NCBI GenBank assembly: GCA_031409335.1
Contig: JANNWY010000154.1
Location: forward strand, 1 to 27,850
Length of the DNA: 27,850 nucleotides
Direction of reading: 5' to 3'
Source: Chthoniobacteraceae bacterium
GTDB lineage: Bacteria > Verrucomicrobiota > Verrucomicrobiia > Chthoniobacterales > Chthoniobacteraceae
Under the pieces are notes generated by a model, which made no database searches, was not told the DNA's origin, and saw only the letters and a program-made list of their open reading frames with translations. The position numbers were made by a program, and so were the translations under genes. Positions 9,978 to 18,145 of the stretch are shown piece by piece (positions within the stretch are counted from its first letter, which is position 1; each line of letters starts with the position of its first letter).

Positions 9978-9997
9978 GACGGTTCGAACTACAAAGA

Positions 9998-11308
9998 CTA
10001 TGCCATGCGCGCGGCGAGAAACGCTCCCCAGCCGCCCTTTGCAAAATCGAGGTTCTTGTAAAGCGGCGATACCTTGCCCAATGGCAGATAGATCGAAAGG
10101 CCGTGCGACGCTTTCACCTTGGTATTGGGAGCGCTGTTGGCAAAGACACAAGCTGCCACCGCATCGCGCACCTTCTTCGCGACCAGTGCGAAACCCGGCA
10201 GGCTCGCTGCCAGGCGGCTGGCAAAGTCGGTGAGATCCACATAGTCGGCATGTTCGTAGCCTTGCGCCCGGACCCGCGCGTTCATGATCGCGCCTTGCGT
10301 GGCAAAGTCTCTGGTCTTGTAAGCCTTCGCGAGCAATGTGCCGAGTTCGTTGGCCGCTTTCTGCACAGTCTTCAGGGCAGCGAGATCGAAGCCGGATTGT
10401 GTCACTGCCTGGCTCTTCGAGTAGGAAGCGACAAACTCCTTCACGATTACCTTGGTCAATTCACGTCCGTCCATCTCGGGCTTCGCTGCCAAGACCTTCA
10501 AAATGCGATCGTAGGGCCAGCCTTCACCGGGTTCCACTTCCTGGGAACCGCAAAAGACTTCGCCGGCCTGCTGCACTTGCAGTCCAGTTTCCACCATGCT
10601 CATCAGGCACGCATCCATGCCGATCACGTCGAACTTTCGTTTGGCGGCCCTGGCCGCGGCGATGAACACCTTCTTCATCTCAACGCTGTCCAGAAAGTCC
10701 TGCGCATCGTCGTCAAACGCGATCGCACGACGTTTTCCACCCACTTTTTCCAACTGAAATGCGGTCAGGAAAAATGGCCCGCGGAAACGCTTCTTCGCCG
10801 CACTGCGATGAATGAATCCGCCCGGCAGCATGGGTCGCCCTCGCGCTCCGCTGCGACGTTGCCCCGCCGCGCTCGGTGGCCGCGATGGCGGCGGATTCAG
10901 CCCGCGCCGTTTCGCTTCGGCATAGATGTCCGTGTCGTCCCAGCCCGAGCCATGATTCCATAGCACTGCCATCGTGCGTTTGGCGGGATACTGGGTCCGT
11001 CCCCATTTCAGAAAATCAGCGAGCACCTTGGGATCGCCAGTATTGGTTTCGCCAATGGACTGCACCACATCGGTTTCGGCGGTCGTGCCTTTTCGCACCC
11101 GATAGCGCTTCGCGGGGACACCGGCGGCAGCGGTGTCGCGCTGCACGAGAACGTGGATGCGATCGCTTGATCCGACCTTCTTCATCTCGTCGATGTCATC
11201 GCCTCCGAAGTCGTCGAGATCATTGTCGCCAGCCATGTAGATCAGGATGGTCCAGTCAGCCAGCTTGGCTGGCTTTGAAGTGGTCGGTGCGGGTTTGGTC
11301 TTTTTCAT
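9998..11308 (-). CDS. Clostripain-family cysteine peptidase (C11), no signal peptide
   Basis: WTILIYMAGDNDL, ETNTGDP, catalytic His in WNHGSGW, catalytic Cys in DACLMSMVE, GSQEVEPGEGWPY, YVDL and HGLSIYLP. Confidence 0.95.
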   Translation of the reverse strand: MKKTKPAPTTSKPAKLADWTILIYMAGDNDLDDFGGDDIDEMKKVGSSDRIHVLVQRDTAAAGVPAKRYRVRKGTTAETDVVQSIGETNTGDPKVLADFLKWGRTQYPAKRTMAVLWNHGSGWDDTDIYAEAKRRGLNPPPSRPPSAAGQRRSGARGRPMLPGGFIHRSAAKKRFRGPFFLTAFQLEKVGGKRRAIAFDDDAQDFLDSVEMKKVFIAAARAAKRKFDVIGMDACLMSMVETGLQVQQAGEVFCGSQEVEPGEGWPYDRILKVLAAKPEMDGRELTKVIVKEFVASYSKSQAVTQSGFDLAALKTVQKAANELGTLLAKAYKTRDFATQGAIMNARVRAQGYEHADYVDLTDFASRLAASLPGFALVAKKVRDAVAACVFANSAPNTKVKASHGLSIYLPLGKVSPLYKNLDFAKGGWGAFLAARMA

Positions 11309-11314
11309 ATGGGT

Positions 11315-12928
11315 CTATTTGGATGCCTTTGCTTTCGTTTTGGATCTGGCTTTGGCGCCACTGCGGCGCCCGCGGGTCGGGCCGACTGGCACGCCGGCGC
11401 CGATCCCACGCTCGACGACACAACCGAATCGCGCCTTGCCAGCATGATCGAAGACCTGGAACTCGAAGGCCCCCGGCTTGGTATCGATCCTGCCAAAACC
11501 AAATGGCACTACGCGTTGGCCTTCGTAGATCGGCGCATCGGCATCGAGCCGGTTCTCTTCCCAAAGCACGTCCGCGATCCTCTTCTCAACCTCCAGATTC
11601 TTCTTCGTCACGGGCACGCCGCCATGGCCAAGGCAGGCGCAAAAACCGGGCGCGTCCTTCAAGCGTTGGTTAGTCCGTTGAGCCTTTGGTTTGAAGACAA
11701 CGCACCGATGCTCGTGACCCCAAATCCACGCGTCAATTTGAGAATACACGCCCGCTGCTTTCAGCGATGCCACCGCTTCGTCCGCGTGCTGCGATTCGCT
11801 GGTGCGGGACGATCCGGGTTGATGGTGCGTGAGCAGGATGCAGCCCTTGGCGGGATTCCGCGCCTGGCTCATCCACTTCACCTGCTCCTTGGTCAGCACC
11901 CCATTTTGGCCGCCGTAGTCTTTCAGCGATGGCTTGCCAAAGATCGCGTGACCGAGGGATGGAAGATTCCATGAAGTATCCAATCCGAAGATCTGCCAGT
12001 CCTTGTCTTCTATCAGAAAAAAGCTGGATGGCTCGCCCGAGTCGTCGCCATGCCAGCGGAGCATATTGTCCGTGCGCAGCAAGGTATCGAAGTAACCCTC
12101 GCCGCCGGAATACATGTCGTGGTTTCCATTGAGGCTCCACGATCCGATCCGATTCCGCTGTGCCGATGTGACCGGCCAGAACGGAATCATGCGCTCCAGA
12201 TATTCATCCTTTTCACCCACGTAATAAACGTCGCCAAGATGGATGACATGGCACTGGCGGGAGCCATCGCTGGCATTGAGTTGCTCGCGGATGCGCTGGG
12301 TGACTTGCGCCGCCAGGCTGAGCCCGGTGCCCCAGTCGCCAAACAGGAACAGGCTCAGCGGCTTTGCGGATCGTGCCACGCGCGCCGGGTTGGGATTGAA
12401 GGCGCGGCGCTTGGCGAATAGCGCGCCGAACTTCGCCTTGAACCCATCCAGCCCATAACGAGCGTCTTCCCCTTCGATGAATGGAGCCTTCGTCACACCC
12501 GCGCGTTTCCCTTTCGCAGCGGGGACCGCTCGCCGCCGCAGCCGGAGCATCGGCGATGTGTCCGAGGCTGCCTTTCCCACACCACGCCGCACCGTTGTTT
12601 TCGCAGTCGGAGCCGGCGCGTTAGCCTGCACCTCTCCAGATTCGATCGCGATGCGCGTCAGACCAGCCTGAAGGCCGCAGGTGACCGGATCTTTCGGGAT
12701 GTAAGGCGTTCCCTGCGGATGCTCCCTGTCCTTCTTTGCATTCGCGAGCGCATCACCCAGCGCAGCGATGGCGCGCGCGAGCTGCGCCGGAGTGATCTTG
12801 TGCTTTCGCAGTTCAGCGAGAGTCGCCTTGTCTTTCTTGATGACCTTCTTTTGCAAAGCCATCAGCCAGTCCCGCTGCGCGCGAGTTTCGGAAAGCACGT
12901 ATTCGCGATCGAGGTAGTCGGAGATCAT
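11315..12928 (-). CDS. Calcineurin-like metallophosphoesterase with N-terminal extension
   Basis: All five metal-binding motifs: GDWGTG, HLGDVYY, GNHDMY, LTHH, WGHEH; about 190-aa N-terminal helical and basic region. Confidence 0.93.
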   Translation of the reverse strand: MISDYLDREYVLSETRAQRDWLMALQKKVIKKDKATLAELRKHKITPAQLARAIAALGDALANAKKDREHPQGTPYIPKDPVTCGLQAGLTRIAIESGEVQANAPAPTAKTTVRRGVGKAASDTSPMLRLRRRAVPAAKGKRAGVTKAPFIEGEDARYGLDGFKAKFGALFAKRRAFNPNPARVARSAKPLSLFLFGDWGTGLSLAAQVTQRIREQLNASDGSRQCHVIHLGDVYYVGEKDEYLERMIPFWPVTSAQRNRIGSWSLNGNHDMYSGGEGYFDTLLRTDNMLRWHGDDSGEPSSFFLIEDKDWQIFGLDTSWNLPSLGHAIFGKPSLKDYGGQNGVLTKEQVKWMSQARNPAKGCILLTHHQPGSSRTSESQHADEAVASLKAAGVYSQIDAWIWGHEHRCVVFKPKAQRTNQRLKDAPGFCACLGHGGVPVTKKNLEVEKRIADVLWEENRLDADAPIYEGQRVVPFGFGRIDTKPGAFEFQVFDHAGKARFGCVVERGIGAGVPVGPTRGRRSGAKARSKTKAKASK

Positions 12929-13014
12929 GGTTTTGTGGAAATCGAGATCGACTCCATGATCCTAGAGCGTGGTGCGGCCCGAGGTCGAGAACGGACTACG
13001 GCGGAATGCAGCGC

Positions 13015-14394
13015 GGGGTGTCATCAATTGTGGTGCACAGCTGGGATGGATTGGGTGGGCCAGAAGGCGTCCCAATGTTGATTGGCAGGCAGGACGCAGA
13101 GTTGGGCGAGGGCGTCGGCGTTGGCGGGCAGCCAGGCGGTGCCGGCGCCTTTGAGCCGGGCGTGCAGGACGTGCTTGTGGCCGCTTTCGATGGGCAGTTT
13201 CCGGGCGATGGCTCCGGCGTAGTCCAGCGGGGCGCGCCGGTTCTCCAGGTAGCGCCGGGCGGCGCGCACCGGGGCGAGCGCTCCGCGCTTGAGGCGCTTT
13301 TGCTGGGTGTGCAGCCAGTGGCGCGGCGCGTCCAGACGGCAGACCGGCCCGGCGGCGGCGAGGGATTCGCTGGCGTGGTAAAAGTCCGTCAGCACGGTGG
13401 CCTGCGTGCCGAAGAATTCGCGGCTCTGGAGGTGATCCATTCCGCACCTTCGGCCCACGACTTGGATGCGGCTGGTGAGCGCCCAACCCACCTCGCGCGT
13501 GCACTGGCCCCAGCACCGCCCGGCCTCGGCGACACTCCAAAAGGTCGCCGCTTAGGTGGCCTGCGCCGCACCTTGGGCCCGGGCCGCGAGCAGCCGCATT
13601 TCCTTCCACTGCCGGGGCCGTTTGCCGGCGCGGGCGCGGTTCGGATCGACGGTGCAAACCATGGTGCCATTGGCCTCGGCCACGAGGGCCCTGGCACCCT
13701 TGGCGGGCAGGATGCGGAAGCTCTTCTGATACACCTTCGCGAGCACCTGCCCCGCCCGCCCCGCGTGCGCGAGCGTCACCATGCGCACGGCCGGGGCATT
13801 CAGGCTGAAGCCGCAATGTTCCCGCAGCCGCGCCCCGCCCGCGGCAAAGGAATGCTCGGCCCCGAAGTCCGTGAGCACTCGCTGCGGCCGCCGCGATTTG
13901 CCCCGCGCGCTGACCTGCACGCGCGCGGTGACAGGCCGCAGATAGCCGCACCCCGGCTCCCGCCAGATCCGCTCAGCGACGGTGACCGCGCCGAAGACGC
14001 ACCACCAGGTCAGCGCTTTTTTTTCGCACCGAAGCTCGCGGCTGGGCGACCGCAAACTCGCCCGCCGTGCGCTCCTTGGCCTGCGCCGCCCATTGGTGCA
14101 CCGTCTCGCTGCCAGGCCAGCGCACCTCCTCGACCAGCAACTCCTCGACCTCGTCGGCCGTGCGCAACTCGCCCCCTTCGACCTCGGTCAGCGCGAGAAT
14201 GGCCTTGAAGCGCACCCATAAATCCGGGCGTCCTCGCAGCCTTTCGAGCATCTGGATTTCCCGTTTGGTGCGCGGGTTGGTTCCATGGTTTTGCTTCACG
14301 GATTTGAAAAACTAACCACATCTTTCAAAAAGTACATTTCTAGTATTTATAGCCGGACCGCTCCAATTCCATCCACCTCTTTCAATCAGACCCC
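13015..14394 (-). mobile_element. Decayed ISKra4-like (UPF0236 / Mutator-type DDE) insertion sequence
   Basis: Imperfect terminal IRs GGGGTGTCATCAATTGTGGTG (13015-13035) and reverse complement of 14374-14394 GGGGTCTGATTGAAAGAGGTG (14/21 identical) enclose a broken transposase. No clear target duplication. Confidence 0.7.
13024..14299 (-). pseudogene. ISKra4-like transposase pseudogene
   Basis: Fragments across frames: ADEVEELLVEEVR; KKALTWWCVFGAVTVAE...LTDFGAEHSF; VVG/EGAEWI (degenerate GDGAxWI); DFYHASE; LPIESGHKHVLHARLKGAGTAW. Frame break at the A8 run 14017-14024, TAA at 13552-13554, further shifts near 13430-13455. Confidence 0.85.
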
Positions 14395-14419
14395 ACCGCA
14401 GCAAAATCCAAGAAACTTC

Positions 14420-14448
14420 TTGCAAGAAAGACGGCTCACCGGAATATT
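14420..14448 (+). promoter_or_regulatory. Possible sigma70-type promoter for the tRNA
   Basis: TTGCAA (14420-14425), 17-nt spacer, AATATT (14443-14448), about 20 nt before the tRNA. The -10 match is weak. Confidence 0.35.
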
Positions 14449-14467
14449 TCGCGCTGCTTTACAAAAG

Positions 14468-14539
14468 GACCCTATCGTCCAGCGGTTAGGACACCGCCCT
14501 TTCACGGCGGATACACGGGTTCGAATCCCGTTAGGGTCG
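14468..14539 (+). tRNA. tRNA-Glu (anticodon TTC), CCA not encoded
   Basis: Acceptor GACCCTA/TAGGGTC plus discriminator G; D arm GTCC-AGCGGTTA-GGAC; anticodon arm CCGCC-CTTTCAC-GGCGG; T arm ACGGG-TTCGAAT-CCCGT. Confidence 0.98.
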
Positions 14540-14610
14540 CTTGTATCCATCAGGGTTTGCGGGCGATTCAAGATTTGGCGTGACAAAGCGGGAGGATTTT
14601 CTTCCTGAAA

Positions 14611-14713
14611 GTAAACATCCTCGGGGCAAGCCCCGAGGCATTGATGAGATGATTTCACAGTTCGAAGAAAAGCCGAAGCACGCTCAGGGGAAGCGGACCC
14701 TAAGGGAATGAAA
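14611..14713. repeat. Hairpin element reminiscent of IS200/IS605-type ends
   Basis: Perfect CCTCGGGGC-AA-GCCCCGAGG (14619-14638) preceded by GTAAACAT; a second degenerate hairpin CCGAAGCACGCTCAGG lies near 14673-14688. Family link is from recalled resemblance only. Confidence 0.45.
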
Positions 14714-14941
14714 CTCTTAGCAAAAACCGAGGGCTTGCTTTGCTACACACCGGCTGAGCTTGCGCGGGCGAAAGCGCGACTGCTCCCGCCGGTCACACCT
14801 CCACCGGCATCGGATGATGAAGCCACCGCGCTCGCGTCGCGTTTCGCTGCGTGCGACACCCCGCACGCACAGACCGCGTTCTGGCGTAGCCTCACTTCGT
14901 GGGAGCGCACCGCGCTGACACGGGCAAAGTCGCAGACTTGA
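14708..14941 (+). CDS. Small hypothetical protein (77 aa) or gene remnant
   Basis: Fills the gap after the tRNA; protein-like composition with a Pro linker followed by a helical AQTAFWRSLTSWERTAL segment. No family recognised. Confidence 0.4.
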   Translation: MKLLAKTEGLLCYTPAELARAKARLLPPVTPPPASDDEATALASRFAACDTPHAQTAFWRSLTSWERTALTRAKSQT

Positions 14942-15182
14942 TACCATCGTCGGCGCGAGTGCGACGTTGCTGTGTCGTTTGCGAACGTCGATTGGCACTG
15001 GAGCCAGCACGTTCAATCTGAACGCGGTCAGCCGCAGGCGAAGGATCGTCGGCGGTGGATCACGAATGCGTTCGAAAGGTGCCGGCTACGCTGTCGCCCG
15101 GCGCGTTCGCATACGACGTGTGTCTTCTGCTCATCCTCGATTGTATCTGGAGTTTTGTCGGCGAAGCTGGCGGGCTCTTTAT

Positions 15183-17432
15183 ATGAAATACTCCAGGACC
15201 TTCGGAAGCCTGACGGCGGCGCTTCTTTTGATGACGTTTTTGGCTCGAAGCCAGTTCGCTGTGGCGCAATCGGCCGAGCAAATCCAGGGGCGGCCGAAGA
15301 TCGGGCTGGTGCTCAGCGGAGGCGGCGCCTTGGGTGTGGCGCACGTTGGCGTGCTCAAGGCTCTGGAGGAGCTGCAGATCCCGATCGATTACATCGCAGG
15401 GACGAGCATGGGGGCGGTGGTCGGTGGGTTGTATGCGAGCGGGATGTCGCCGGCGGAGATCGACGATTGGTTCCGCCATGCGGACTGGCACTTCCTGCTT
15501 TCGGACGGGCTGCCACGCGAGAGTGAATCGGTCCGCACGAAACAGCGGCAGTTCGATATCAATCAGGGAATCGCGTTCAGCGTTTCGCGCAAGGCGACGA
15601 AGCTGCCGGCGGGGCTGGTCTCGGGCCGCAATGTCATGGCCAGTCTGCGTCAGCTCACGGTGCCGGTGCGCGACGTCCGTGATTTCGACCGGCTGCCGAT
15701 TCCGTTTCGCGCGATTGCGACGGATATCGAGACGGGGGAGACGATGAAGCTGCGGGGCGGCGACTTTGTGGAGGCGATTCGCGCGAGCATGTCGATCCCG
15801 GGGGTCTTTACGCCGCAGCGGATCGATGGCCGGCTGCTGGGCGATGGCGGGATGGCGAACAATCTGCCGATCAGCGTGGTGCAGGAGATGGGGGCGGATG
15901 TGGTGATTGCGATCGACGCGAGCGATCAGCTTAAAAAGGAATCCGAACTCGATACAGCGGGCGCGATGGCGAATCAGGTGCTCACGATTTTCGTCCAAAA
16001 GCAGACGCGCACGGAGATTGCGCGGCTCGGGCCGGGCGACGTCTTGGTGCAGTTGAAGCAAGGGGACATGTCGGCTTCCGATTTCGTGAAAGCGGCGAAA
16101 GGGATCGACGCGGGATACCAGCAGACGATGCAGGCGCGGACGGCGCTGGCGCGGCTTTCCGCGGAGCCGGGGCGATTCGGGGACTACGTCGCTGGGCAGC
16201 GCGTGGCGCGAGGGGAGGTCGTGCGGGTTTCTTTTTTGAAAGTGCGGACGCCCGATGGGGAATTCGAGCACGCGCTGCCGGAGCCGGTTGAGTTTCAGGT
16301 GAAGCACGGGCCGTTCGTCCGGCTCCAGAGCTTGCTCGGCGGGCTGGGCGAGTTGCAGAAGTTCGACGTGAGCGATTATGAGGTGATCGGGAAAGAGGGC
16401 GGCTACGGGTTGCTGGTGAATGCGCGCAAGAAGCGCACGGGGCCGAGCGAGATGAGCTTCGGTTTCAGCTTCGGCTACAGCTCTGCCGACGAGACCGATT
16501 TCAGCCTGCTGCTCTCCTATCGCATGACGGAGCTGAACTCGCTCGGCGCCGAGTGGGCGACGTTCGTGCGCCTCGGAAATACGACCCGCGTGCTGACCGA
16601 ATGGTATCAGCCGGTGGATTGGCAGCGCCGCTTTTTTCTCGCCGCGCAGGGGCTGTTTGGGAGCGACTTCATCAATGGCCGCAGCGCCGATGGCGACCCG
16701 CTGCGTTTTCGGCAGCAGGACTTGTCCGCGGGGCTCGATCTCGGCGCGCGGCTCGGGCAGTCCGGCGAATTCCGCGTCGGTATCGCGCGCGGTTTCACGC
16801 GAGTCAGCCGCCGCCTCGGCGTGCCGGACGACGTGCCGACGACCGTGGACCGCGGCTGGGTGCATGCGGACCTGACGCTCGATACGCTCGATGCGCCAAG
16901 CTTTGCCACACGCGGCACGTATGGGCGCGTGTCGCTCGTGGCGTCGCGCGAGGAACTCGGCGCCTCCGACAACTACACGCGGCTCGAAGGCCAGCTCTAT
17001 CAGCCGGTCACTTTCGGAAAATACACGCTGGTCCCGCGAGTGAGCGCCGCGCTGAAACTGGGCGGCGGTCGCGTGCCGATCTACGACCAGGCGCCGCTCG
17101 GCGGTTTCCTGAATCTCTCGGGCCTCTCGAACGGAAGTCTGTTCGGCGAAAACGCCGCACTCGCGGAGTTGGTCTGCTATCGGAAATTGCTGGAGATCAC
17201 GCCCGGCTTGGGCCGCGCGCTTTACGGCGGCTTCTCGGTCGAGGCGGGCGAGGTGTGGACGGATTCGCGGGACTTCGCGCTCGGTGACGCGCTCGTCGCG
17301 GGGAGCGTCTTCCTTGGCGCGGATACCACGCTCGGCGCGCTCTATCTCGGCGTCGGTGTGACGGAGGGCGGCAACACCGCGATCTATCTCCAACTCGGCT
17401 CGCTCTTCGGCCAGGGACGCCACCAGCGCTGA
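15183..17432 (+). CDS. Patatin-like phospholipase fused to Omp85/BamA-type beta-barrel (PlpD-like, type Vd)
   Basis: Start moved to ATG 15183 giving a signal peptide; LSGGGALG, GTSMG (catalytic Ser), DGG (catalytic Asp); C-terminal amphipathic strands with LGGFLNLSGL and LGADTTLGALYLGVG. Confidence 0.92.
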   Translation: MKYSRTFGSLTAALLLMTFLARSQFAVAQSAEQIQGRPKIGLVLSGGGALGVAHVGVLKALEELQIPIDYIAGTSMGAVVGGLYASGMSPAEIDDWFRHADWHFLLSDGLPRESESVRTKQRQFDINQGIAFSVSRKATKLPAGLVSGRNVMASLRQLTVPVRDVRDFDRLPIPFRAIATDIETGETMKLRGGDFVEAIRASMSIPGVFTPQRIDGRLLGDGGMANNLPISVVQEMGADVVIAIDASDQLKKESELDTAGAMANQVLTIFVQKQTRTEIARLGPGDVLVQLKQGDMSASDFVKAAKGIDAGYQQTMQARTALARLSAEPGRFGDYVAGQRVARGEVVRVSFLKVRTPDGEFEHALPEPVEFQVKHGPFVRLQSLLGGLGELQKFDVSDYEVIGKEGGYGLLVNARKKRTGPSEMSFGFSFGYSSADETDFSLLLSYRMTELNSLGAEWATFVRLGNTTRVLTEWYQPVDWQRRFFLAAQGLFGSDFINGRSADGDPLRFRQQDLSAGLDLGARLGQSGEFRVGIARGFTRVSRRLGVPDDVPTTVDRGWVHADLTLDTLDAPSFATRGTYGRVSLVASREELGASDNYTRLEGQLYQPVTFGKYTLVPRVSAALKLGGGRVPIYDQAPLGGFLNLSGLSNGSLFGENAALAELVCYRKLLEITPGLGRALYGGFSVEAGEVWTDSRDFALGDALVAGSVFLGADTTLGALYLGVGVTEGGNTAIYLQLGSLFGQGRHQR

Positions 17433-17438
17433 GCCGCC

Positions 17439-18080
17439 ATGACCACGGACCGGCGGATTCCGCTTTGGATCAAGATCGCGTATTCGGCGTTTCTCGCGGT
17501 GATGATCCCCAGCTATTGGCGCGATTACGGACCGACCAATTTCCTCTACTTCTGCGATGTCGCCGCGTTCCTGACGCTGGCGGCCCTTTGGTCGGAAAGC
17601 GCGCTGATCGCAAGCGTCGCCGCGGTGGGCATCGTCCTGCCGCAGTTGGTTTGGGTGCTCGATTTCGCCGTCCATTTTGCGGGCATGAAAATCACGGGGA
17701 TGAGCGATTACATGTTCGATTCAAAGCTGCCGATGTTCACGCGCGGGATCTCGCTTTTCCACGGCTGGCTGCCGTTCCTGCTGTTGTTCGCAGTCCGGCG
17801 ATTGGGCTATGATCGCCGCGGACTCGCAGTCTGGGTGAGCATCGCGTGGCTGCTGATTCTCGTCTCGTATTTCTGGATGCCGCCGCCCGGCGCAGTGCTC
17901 GCGAATCCCAAGCAACCGGTGAACATCAACTACGTCTTCGGTTTCAGCGATCACACTCCGCAGACATGGATGCCCGCCTGGGCTTGGGTGCTCACAATGA
18001 TGCTCGGCCTGCCGATCCTCGTCTGGTGGCCGACGCATCTACTGCTGAGCAGATTCTTCCCGCGCGACAGAGCGAAGTGA
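17439..18080 (+). CDS. Conserved integral membrane protein
   Basis: Multiple hydrophobic segments; YGPTNFLYFCD, SLFHGWLP, NINYVFG and WWPTH motifs; starts 6 nt after the patatin gene. Confidence 0.85.
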   Translation: MTTDRRIPLWIKIAYSAFLAVMIPSYWRDYGPTNFLYFCDVAAFLTLAALWSESALIASVAAVGIVLPQLVWVLDFAVHFAGMKITGMSDYMFDSKLPMFTRGISLFHGWLPFLLLFAVRRLGYDRRGLAVWVSIAWLLILVSYFWMPPPGAVLANPKQPVNINYVFGFSDHTPQTWMPAWAWVLTMMLGLPILVWWPTHLLLSRFFPRDRAK

Positions 18081-18145
18081 CATTGTGCTCGTGAGCGAAA
18101 CACTTGGACCGCCATGGAGTCGTCCCTAACATGCCGCCTCCACTT

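Noticed and set aside
9978..10151. N-terminal extension of the CHAT fusion given in the ORF track
   Set aside because: Overlaps the clostripain gene; ATG 9977 gives a clean 20-nt gap.
13006..14208. 400-aa plus-strand ORF and 12962-13951 minus ORF
   Set aside because: Off-frame or antisense readings of the transposase pseudogene.
14510..14539. Duplicated tRNA 3' end (att site) bounding an island
   Set aside because: No second copy spotted by eye and no integrase in the window; the protease operon lies 5' of the tRNA.
14967..15182. Extended start of the patatin gene
   Set aside because: Arg-rich and non-protein-like; ATG 15183 exposes a signal peptide.
15060..17675. 871-aa minus-strand ORF
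   Set aside because: Antisense shadow of the patatin-Omp85 gene; Arg/His-rich with no motifs, typical of high-GC DNA.
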